This document shows positions 20,612 to 28,373 of a stretch of 64,000 bases of DNA, one piece after another. The position numbers were made by a program, and so were the translations under genes. Source of the DNA: Spirochaetota bacterium. Lineage in GTDB: Bacteria > Spirochaetota > UBA4802 > JAFGDQ01. Below the pieces are notes generated by a model. That model did no database searches. It was not told the DNA's origin and worked only from the letters and a program-made list of their open reading frames with translations. The DNA lies in contig JAZDKB010000019.1 of assembly GCA_043803405.1 (NCBI GenBank), positions 320,001 to 384,000 on the forward strand, read 5' to 3'. Numbering within the stretch: the stretch's first letter is position 1; each line of letters starts with the position of its first letter.

Positions 20612-21337
20612 ATGTTATTACGCAACCTTAGCCGCTATTTTATTATTTCCGTGTTTGCGCTCTCATTTATATTCACCGGACAACAATTCTCTTTTTCGCA
20701 GGGAACAGCGCCCGCGAAAACGAAGGCAGTGGAAACGCCTGCCGCGGCTGCTGTAAAGACCGCTGCCGTACCCACTGACGCCGACCTTCAGGCGGATGCG
20801 GACGCAAAGGCGAAAGCCGCTGCCGAAGCTAAAGCCGATTACGATGCGAAAGCGAAAATTACTGCGGATTCCAAAGCGGATTACGATGCAAAAGCAAAAG
20901 TAGCTGCTGCTGCGAAAGCGGATTACGAAGCAAAAGCGAAAATTTCCGGCAAGGCAAAAGCCGACTTTAACGCAAAATCAAGATCAGCAGATGATGCTAA
21001 ACTGAAGATTACCGCCAGGGCAAAAGCAAAGACCGCTGCCGAAGCGAAAGAAAAAGCTGCAATCGCTGCAAAGGCAAAAGCCGAAGAGAACGCAAAGAAA
21101 AAAGCGGAGGCCGACGCAAAGAGAAAGGCTGCCGCAGAAGCCAGGAAAAAAGCTGAAGAAGAAGCGAAAGTAAAAGCAGACGCAGCGGCAAAGGCTAAAG
21201 CCGAAGCTAAAAAGAAAGCAGCCGAAGAAGCAAAAGCCAAAGCCGAGGCTGCGGCAAAGGCTAAAGCCGACGCGGATGCAAAGAAGAAAGCGGATGCAGA
21301 CGCAAAGATAAAAACAGAGCCGGAGCCAAAGAAATAA
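20612..21337 (+). CDS. Secreted Ala/Lys-rich repetitive helical protein (TolA-central-domain-like composition)
   Basis: AGGAG RBS, signal peptide, 14-residue AKADYDAKAK repeats then AEAKKKA repeats; no globular C-terminus. Confidence 0.8.
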   Translation: MLLRNLSRYFIISVFALSFIFTGQQFSFSQGTAPAKTKAVETPAAAAVKTAAVPTDADLQADADAKAKAAAEAKADYDAKAKITADSKADYDAKAKVAAAAKADYEAKAKISGKAKADFNAKSRSADDAKLKITARAKAKTAAEAKEKAAIAAKAKAEENAKKKAEADAKRKAAAEARKKAEEEAKVKADAAAKAKAEAKKKAAEEAKAKAEAAAKAKADADAKKKADADAKIKTEPEPKK

Positions 21338-21380
21338 CCGGACAAAAAGCATGGGCAGTTTAAGTAATGATTAGTATAGA

Positions 21381-21460
21381 GTCATTTCGAACGAATGTGA
21401 GAAATCTCCTGATTAAGTGTAAAAATAGATTTTTCAGCCCCTATCGTTCCTTCGAAATGC
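21381..21460. repeat. Palindromic REP-like element (GTCATTTCGAAC family), copy 2
   Basis: GTCATTTCGAACGAATGTGAGAAATCT...AGATTTTTC...TTCGAAATG. Confidence 0.7.
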
Positions 21461-21537
21461 TAATTCAATCGTAAACTGTCATAGTATCACAATTCAAAAA
21501 ACATAATTTTCAATTTTGAACCAAGAGATCACCTTGT

Positions 21538-23562
21538 ATGCCTAAAAGAAAAATTCAAATTGAAGTATATCCCCTGCGCTTAAATTTAAAAACCGTAATC
21601 CGTCACGCCTCCGCGACAAGACACGAGGGCGAGAGTATCTGGGTTCATGTAACCAGAGACGGGATCGAGGGATTCGGCGAGGGCTGCCCCAGAACTTATT
21701 CTGCGGGGGATGACCTTGAATCAAGTGTTGCCTGGATAAATAACGAATTTATCAATAAACACGAATGCCCTGAATCGCTGGATGAACTGAAAGCATGGAT
21801 AAAAAATAACAGTTCTCAAATAGACATATATCCTTCCGCCTGGTGCGCGCTTGAAATGGCATTGCTTGATCTTTTCGCAAGGGAAAAAAAATGCAGCGTT
21901 GAAGAATGCCTGGGTCTCAAGGATTATAAACGTTCGGGACGCTATTCGGCAGTTATCCCTGACAGTAAAATATGGGAGTACACTGCAATAGCAGATAAAT
22001 CTCTTATTCGCGGAATAACTGACTTTAAAATTAAATTAAAAGGAAAACCGGAAAAAGACCGTCAGAAGCTGGATATTTTATTTGATTTAAGCAGGCAGCA
22101 CGGAATTAAAAATATTAGAATTCGCCTGGATGCGAATAATTTATGGAAAGGAAAAAGCGAAGAAGCAATTGAGTATATTAAAAATTTAGGTACGTCAATT
22201 TTCGCGGTTGAAGAACCTGTCGGCCCCCGCGATATTGAAGACATTAAGAAAGTAAGCATTGAAACCGGCCTGCCGGTCATTTTAGATGAAAGCATCTGCA
22301 CTTTAAATGATCTTTCACAATATAAAAGCCTTTCCGGCAAATATATCGCAAATATAAAAATCTCGCGTGTAGGCGGTATCCTTCGCGCCTTTGAAATGAT
22401 TGATGAATTAAAAGAAATGAACTGGCCTGTCATAATAGGCAGCCATGTCGGCGAAACGTCTTTACTTACGCGGGCGGCACTGATTATTGCTTCATATACA
22501 GGGGAAAGCCTCATTGCTCATGAAGGCGCCTTTGGCGATTATTTAGTCGAATGTGAACCTGCAGAACCAATGCTTAAATTCGGCCGTTACGGATTACTGG
22601 ATTTATCCAATACTTATTTCTTAAAAAATGTTCAGGGATTAAAATCAATACCTCCGGAAAACTGGAATACCGGATTCGGAATGGACTGCCGCGTTCCGGG
22701 AAATATTATCAACGATACTTCTGAGATAAATTACATAATAACCCGGGATAATTACAAAATTCATTATCGTACATGGGGTAAAAAAACAGGAGATGATGTT
22801 ATTTTGATTCTGCACGGCGGCATGAGCCATTCTCTCTGGCAGGCGCCCCTTGCGGATAAAATACTTTTAAAAGCGCCCGGCGTGACTGTTGCCGCGGCCG
22901 ACAGAAGGGGATGCGGCTTGAACGAAGGCCGCGGAGACCTGTATGCCGTACAGACCCTGATTGATGACCTTGTTTTGCAGATCGATCATTTAAAGAAATC
23001 ATTTAAACGTATCCACCTTGCAGGCTGGTGCCAGGGCGCGCAATACGCGTCGGTTGCAGCGGAAAAAAAACATAATGAACTCTCAAGCCTTATATTGCTG
23101 ACACCCGGATTTTTCTGGAACGACAGGTTCCGGTCGGTTCTGAGAATCAGTGAAAAATTTCTAATGGATATGATCGATGAATTCGGATTATCGCCCGAAC
23201 GCGACCGTGCGTGTATTCCCCTGCCTATGGAAGCTGCCGACTTTACGCTCGATATGAAATGGCATGATTTTATTGAATCAGACACCCTTAAAACGAAAAT
23301 GATTACTTTAAAATCAGCCAGTATCATGGACGAAATTCAGGAGCTTTCATGGTATGCAATTCAGAATAACCGGCTGCCCCTGCTCGCAATACTGGCGGAA
23401 AACGACCGTATTGTTGACAATAACAAAGTCATGCAGTTTATCGGCCACAAGTTTTCATCCGATAAACATAACAGGCAGATTTCAGTAAATACCGGCCATG
23501 CAATCCACTTTGAAAAAGCCGATGAAGTTGCCGATGCGATATTAGAATTTATCACGCAGTGA
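21538..23562 (+). CDS. Fusion of an enolase-superfamily (MLE/epimerase subgroup) domain and an alpha/beta hydrolase with Cys nucleophile motif
   Basis: N-terminal half: GFGEG, FKIK, RLDAN, VEEP, LDES and NIK. C-terminal half: LHGG, DRRGCG, GWCQG, ENDRIVD and GHAIHFE. Confidence 0.88.
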   Translation: MPKRKIQIEVYPLRLNLKTVIRHASATRHEGESIWVHVTRDGIEGFGEGCPRTYSAGDDLESSVAWINNEFINKHECPESLDELKAWIKNNSSQIDIYPSAWCALEMALLDLFAREKKCSVEECLGLKDYKRSGRYSAVIPDSKIWEYTAIADKSLIRGITDFKIKLKGKPEKDRQKLDILFDLSRQHGIKNIRIRLDANNLWKGKSEEAIEYIKNLGTSIFAVEEPVGPRDIEDIKKVSIETGLPVILDESICTLNDLSQYKSLSGKYIANIKISRVGGILRAFEMIDELKEMNWPVIIGSHVGETSLLTRAALIIASYTGESLIAHEGAFGDYLVECEPAEPMLKFGRYGLLDLSNTYFLKNVQGLKSIPPENWNTGFGMDCRVPGNIINDTSEINYIITRDNYKIHYRTWGKKTGDDVILILHGGMSHSLWQAPLADKILLKAPGVTVAAADRRGCGLNEGRGDLYAVQTLIDDLVLQIDHLKKSFKRIHLAGWCQGAQYASVAAEKKHNELSSLILLTPGFFWNDRFRSVLRISEKFLMDMIDEFGLSPERDRACIPLPMEAADFTLDMKWHDFIESDTLKTKMITLKSASIMDEIQELSWYAIQNNRLPLLAILAENDRIVDNNKVMQFIGHKFSSDKHNRQISVNTGHAIHFEKADEVADAILEFITQ

Positions 23563-23606
23563 GCCGGTGTTTTCGTTCAATACAAATGCTCCTATTCTGG
23601 ATAAAA

Positions 23607-23680
23607 TGAACTACCCCGCCGCAAGTAGCGGGGTATCAAAAAGTTAGAAAAGTTTTCTGCGGCAAGCCGCGGGGAATTAT
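23607..23680. mobile_element. Short hairpin element resembling IS200/IS605 ends, between convergent genes (could also act as a terminator)
   Basis: TGAACTACCCCGCCGCAAGTAGCGGGGTATC hairpin plus a GCGGCAAGCCGCGGGGAATT hairpin. Confidence 0.55.
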
Positions 23681-23691
23681 ACTAAAAGTGA

Positions 23692-25041
23692 TTAAAAGTG
23701 GTCAGGATATTCCCAGTAATAATGAGAATTCCTCCATCCTTTTTTATAACTTTTGTTGTATTTGCAGACAGATACAAAATTGGTCAAATTTTTAAGGCTA
23801 AATAGTGATTTAACCAAACGATACTGATATGTTGGAAAAGAGTAAATGTGTTTTTTTATATAATTGCACCCAATATATATAGTGTCCAGATTTGTTCCTT
23901 TTGGTTGATGAACCACATAAGAAAATCTGTACTTGTCCCAGTCTTCTGGAAAATTTTTGTGGATGAGACGGTCTTCCGCTACCAGTTGATCCATTAACCC
24001 TGTCCCTGGAAGTGGAGTCAACATTGTAATCTGAATAATGTCCACTCCCAAATCGACAAGAAAGTCGGCAAATTCTTTATAATAAAATGACGATTCGTAA
24101 TCGTTTCCGATAATAAATGCCCCTAATACAGCTATTCCGTATTTGTGGAAAGCATCTATAACTCTTTTGTAGTTTTCTATCCCTACCTTAAGATTAATCC
24201 CTTTTCGCATGTTTTTGAGCATTTCAGCCTTCATTGTCTCAAAACCGATAAAAACGAACATGCAGCCGGATTGTGCTGCCAATTCGATTATACGTTCATT
24301 CGTACTGGCATTGATTGAAGTCTGCATCCACCATTTTTTTCTGATATTCCTGCCCAGCATTCCCTCGAGCAGTTTGATGGCTCTCTTGTAATTTTCTTCA
24401 CTATAACCTATAAGATTGTCATCGACAAAAGTAAAGTACTTGCCCTTGATCCCTTCCAACTCATTGAGGACAGAGTCAATGTTTCTCTGGCGAAATTTCT
24501 GTCCAAGATACCTCGATACTGAACAAAAATGGCAGTCAAAGGGGCAACCCCGGGAAGTTTGAACGGAATGCCAGAAATAGGCTGGATGGAGCAGGTCATG
24601 TCTCGGATTGATATTAACTTCGGATAAATTCAGTTGCGGCCCTAAGTATCTGTCTGCCAGTGTATTGTTTTCGAGATCATCTATAACCTGTCCCCAGATG
24701 CCTTCCGCTTCACCAACCAATACACTGTCAGCGTATTGAAGGATTTCATCGGGAAGCATGGAGGCATGAATGCCACCCATGATGACCTTGATATTTCTTG
24801 CACGATATAATCCTGCAATTTCATAGGCACGGGTTATGTTGCTGGTAAAGGCAGTTATGCCAACCAGATCGGCTTCTTCGAATTCAAATTTGTCGAAGTT
24901 TTCATCAATTATTTTTATTTCCCAGTTATCAGGTGTCACAGCCGCAACACAGGCAAGACTCAATGGCGGGAATGTGGCAGATCTGCTGAGAAGAATACCG
25001 CTTCTGCGGCCTACCGGGTTTATCAACAACAGTTTTTTCAT
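23692..25041 (-). CDS. Cobalamin-binding radical SAM enzyme
   Basis: B12-binding N-terminus (PPLSLA, GGIHAS, GEAE); SRGCPFDCHFC motif; FIGFE and TPLPGT. The start overlaps the upstream kinase stop (TAATG). Confidence 0.92.
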   Translation of the reverse strand: MKKLLLINPVGRRSGILLSRSATFPPLSLACVAAVTPDNWEIKIIDENFDKFEFEEADLVGITAFTSNITRAYEIAGLYRARNIKVIMGGIHASMLPDEILQYADSVLVGEAEGIWGQVIDDLENNTLADRYLGPQLNLSEVNINPRHDLLHPAYFWHSVQTSRGCPFDCHFCSVSRYLGQKFRQRNIDSVLNELEGIKGKYFTFVDDNLIGYSEENYKRAIKLLEGMLGRNIRKKWWMQTSINASTNERIIELAAQSGCMFVFIGFETMKAEMLKNMRKGINLKVGIENYKRVIDAFHKYGIAVLGAFIIGNDYESSFYYKEFADFLVDLGVDIIQITMLTPLPGTGLMDQLVAEDRLIHKNFPEDWDKYRFSYVVHQPKGTNLDTIYIGCNYIKKHIYSFPTYQYRLVKSLFSLKNLTNFVSVCKYNKSYKKGWRNSHYYWEYPDHF

Positions 25042-28000
25042 TACAATGTAGCTTTTCCCTTTTCCCCTGCTATCTTATTAAGAATGCGGAAAATATTGTC
25101 TGCTTTGAAGGGCTTTTTTAAAAAATCATAAACACCTTTATTCTGGTATTCATTCTCATTTCCGTCAAGTTTCCCGGTCATAAAGACAACAGGTACTTCT
25201 CTGTTTACCTGTTTTAATTCTTCAAATACCTGCTCTCCGTTGATGATTGGCATCAGAATATCGAGAAACACTACATCCGGGCAGAATTCGTTGAAAATCC
25301 GTGCCGCCTTCCTGCCGTCTTTCTCGGCAATAATATTATTAAAGCCACCCTTTTTTAATGTCAGCATCATTAAATTTATTACTTCTTCTTCATCGTCAAT
25401 AATCATAATTTTAATATTTTTTGATATTTCAATATGCATATCTGTCTTATTAAAGGTTTTTTTTACTTTTATTATTTCGTTTCCTTCAGGGAACGGCAGT
25501 TTCATTATGAATGTTGCTCCCTTACCCTCCTCACTCTCAACCGATATTGTAGCATTATGCTGTTTGATAATAGTGTGTGTAACCGATAGGCCAAGCCCTG
25601 TGCCGGTTATACCGAGATCGTCCTTTGCGTACGCGCCCTTGGTTGAAAAGAAAGGATCGAAAATTTTATTCATTGTCTCTCTGCTCATTCCAATGCCGGT
25701 GTCGGAAAATCTGATCTCAAGATGCCTGTCCGTATCCTTTACCGATATGATGATATTTCCACGGCCCTTGGGCTTTATGGCATGAATGGAATTGATCAGT
25801 AAATTTAAAAAGACCTGTCCCATCTGATCCCTGTCGAACAATACATCCGAGTGTTCCCCGAATTCCAGCCTCACATCAATATTTTCCAGCTGTGTCTGCT
25901 TTTTCTGAAGTTTTACGGTCTCCTTTATAACATCAGTTATATCCTGTATCGCAAAGTCGGGATCTTTGGGTGTTGCGAATACAGACAATTTATTAATAAT
26001 GCCGCTTCCCCGCTTTGTGGATTTTTCGATTTGCTGCAGAGATTCTTTAATATCTGCTGCAATGGACTCCTCATCCAGTATAAGCTGCGCGTGGCCAAGT
26101 ATCACATGCAGAATATTATTAAATTCGTGGGCTACACCTGACGCAAGCTGGCCAACGGCCGACAGCTTTGCTGACTGGAATAACTGCTCTTGAAGGGTTT
26201 TGCGCTCCTGTTCAAGTTCGATGTTGTACAGGGCGAACGCGATCTCATCTGCCACTTCTTTTAACAGACGGGGCTCTTCATTATTAGATATAAAATCAGG
26301 TTTTAAGGCAACGGACATTATCCCGTATGTTTTATCATCATACTTCAGCCTGTTTAACATCCTTAATGTTTTACAGTATTTGCTTTTAAACCCGCAATCG
26401 CCGCATTTAATGTCCGGGTTATCAATTACAACCGTATCCGGCTCGGACAACGCCTTTTCGCAGCAGCCCGGCATAACATCATTCCTGAATTTCTCAGTAA
26501 AAACCCGGAAATCTTCCGTAAAGCCGGATTCGAATGCCCGGCTGAATTTGCCCTTTTCATCAAAAAGAACAATCCATGCTTCACCATGGCCGTTGGTTAA
26601 AGCGAGCTTGTCGCAAATATCTTTCATCAGCCTGTCGCTGTCCTTCTCGTGAGTGATAAGGTGGTCTATATTCAGTATGGCAAGAAGGACTTCATTAAGG
26701 TGCTTAATCTTTTCCTCGTGCCTTTTTAGTTCGGCAAACGATCTCGCATTGTTTATGCTTATTCCTATCTGCTGTGCTATGCCGGAGAGGAGGTTCATGT
26801 CGCTTATATTGAGAGGCCTTCTGCTGCCTGCGTTGTCAATAGCCAGAATTCCCAGCGGCTTTTCCTTATATGCAATAGGCACTGTAATAAAGCTTTTTGT
26901 GCCGATTTGATCTACAAATTCTTTGCTGCGCGGCGACATGTCATTAATTATATCATTAATATCGTTGATGAGAAAAGGTTTCTGCTCTTTAAACGTCCTA
27001 ACAAATATTCCTTTTGATTTTGGCCTGTTCAAATGGAACTCAGTATTCTTTAATATCTCTTCCTTTGCCGGGTCATATCCATAACCTGCTTTGTAAACGA
27101 GCTTGCTTGCGTTATCATCTGCAAGCAGAATAATTCCACTGTCAAAATCCGTTCTTTTTTCCAGTATCTCCATTATTGATGCAAACAAATCATCCATGTC
27201 CAGTATTGACGATATGGCCTGGCCTATCTCCTGAATAAGCAGGGCATTATTGAAGCGATTATTAATTTCTTCCAGAAGCTGTTCCGCTGTATTTCCCTGC
27301 GATTCAGAGGCGCGTATAAGTTCTTTATTTTTTTTCCGCTCATAATAATTTGATAAGCCAAGAACAGCGCCTGAACAAAGCAAAAAAGTTATAAAAGAAT
27401 AAAGGACAGGTAAAAATATAAACGAGGTTATTGATAAGAGTACAGCGAAAAGAGATAAATAATTGCGTATCAGCTTCAATTGAAATGACGCAGGCTTATC
27501 CCATGATACTATATATTTGCAATATTCATCGCCTTTATGTATACATAATGGATGTTCAATATTTGAAAATTTATTATTAAACATCGTCGGTACTGCTTCA
27601 AACAAGCCAAGCCGGGCCTCGCATTGATATGGCTTTTCCATGACATCTTTTTCCGGACGCGCACTTATTTCCACTTTATTATGGCCGAGTTTGCGCGTCT
27701 TTACCGTGCCGCCTCGTGTAAGTTTGGAGCTTATATGGCCGGCTGATGAGTAAGCTGCCTCAACTGTAATAAAACCCAACATATACTGACGAATAAGGTT
27801 ATAGGAGCCTGATTTTGATGCAAATCTGCCTGTTTCCCGTGATATATTTACATTCCCTGTCTTTTTCACTAAAATTTCATGAAAAAGATCCGACTGCCTC
27901 TGGGTATACCAGTATCCCAGATCCTCTAATTCATGCAAAGAAATTTCCGCATACTCAAGCAGTGAATTAATATCAACATCGGGATAATGCTTTTTGATAA

Positions 28001-28052
28001 AATTAATATAGGTAATTATCATTCGGATATTATATAAATGAGGGGCATTCAT
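25041..28052 (-). CDS. Hybrid histidine kinase: N-terminal V4R-like sensor, 2 TM, GAF-GAF, HisKA/HATPase, REC
   Basis: YQCEARLG...EHPLCIHKGDEYCKY (V4R-like); GVAHEFNN H-box; NLLINS, DTGIG and GTGLGL; IIDDE...FLDILMP...KKP receiver. Confidence 0.9.
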   Translation of the reverse strand: MNAPHLYNIRMIITYINFIKKHYPDVDINSLLEYAEISLHELEDLGYWYTQRQSDLFHEILVKKTGNVNISRETGRFASKSGSYNLIRQYMLGFITVEAAYSSAGHISSKLTRGGTVKTRKLGHNKVEISARPEKDVMEKPYQCEARLGLFEAVPTMFNNKFSNIEHPLCIHKGDEYCKYIVSWDKPASFQLKLIRNYLSLFAVLLSITSFIFLPVLYSFITFLLCSGAVLGLSNYYERKKNKELIRASESQGNTAEQLLEEINNRFNNALLIQEIGQAISSILDMDDLFASIMEILEKRTDFDSGIILLADDNASKLVYKAGYGYDPAKEEILKNTEFHLNRPKSKGIFVRTFKEQKPFLINDINDIINDMSPRSKEFVDQIGTKSFITVPIAYKEKPLGILAIDNAGSRRPLNISDMNLLSGIAQQIGISINNARSFAELKRHEEKIKHLNEVLLAILNIDHLITHEKDSDRLMKDICDKLALTNGHGEAWIVLFDEKGKFSRAFESGFTEDFRVFTEKFRNDVMPGCCEKALSEPDTVVIDNPDIKCGDCGFKSKYCKTLRMLNRLKYDDKTYGIMSVALKPDFISNNEEPRLLKEVADEIAFALYNIELEQERKTLQEQLFQSAKLSAVGQLASGVAHEFNNILHVILGHAQLILDEESIAADIKESLQQIEKSTKRGSGIINKLSVFATPKDPDFAIQDITDVIKETVKLQKKQTQLENIDVRLEFGEHSDVLFDRDQMGQVFLNLLINSIHAIKPKGRGNIIISVKDTDRHLEIRFSDTGIGMSRETMNKIFDPFFSTKGAYAKDDLGITGTGLGLSVTHTIIKQHNATISVESEEGKGATFIMKLPFPEGNEIIKVKKTFNKTDMHIEISKNIKIMIIDDEEEVINLMMLTLKKGGFNNIIAEKDGRKAARIFNEFCPDVVFLDILMPIINGEQVFEELKQVNREVPVVFMTGKLDGNENEYQNKGVYDFLKKPFKADNIFRILNKIAGEKGKATL

Positions 28053-28373
28053 TTTTTATTACTTCTTACCTCTCTAGATTAAAGGCCATGAACCCATGAA
28101 ATTACTTCCAAAACAGTAAGTAATAAATGAATCCTAATTTAAATAAAAAATTCTTACTGTCTACTTTTTTGGAGCAAAGTCAAAATGACTCATAAGTGAG
28201 TGACATTATAACGCAAAGGTTAAAAAATTCAAATAAAAAAACGGGTATTGAAAATTTATGTATATAACGTAGTATAAAATATTCTTAGGAGAAACTGGAT
28301 TCCTAGATATCAATTTTGTTATTAGTTAAATTTCTTCTATCTTTATCCACACAAGTGTGCGCTGTATGTATTA

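Noticed and set aside
20923..21352. Antisense Ala/Phe/Ser- and Leu/Cys/Arg-rich ORFs
   Set aside because: These are shadows of the low-complexity Ala/Lys gene on the plus strand.
21538..23562. Assignment as MenC-MenH menaquinone fusion
   Set aside because: The hydrolase has Cys rather than Ser at the elbow and no other men genes are nearby. Not excluded, but unsupported.
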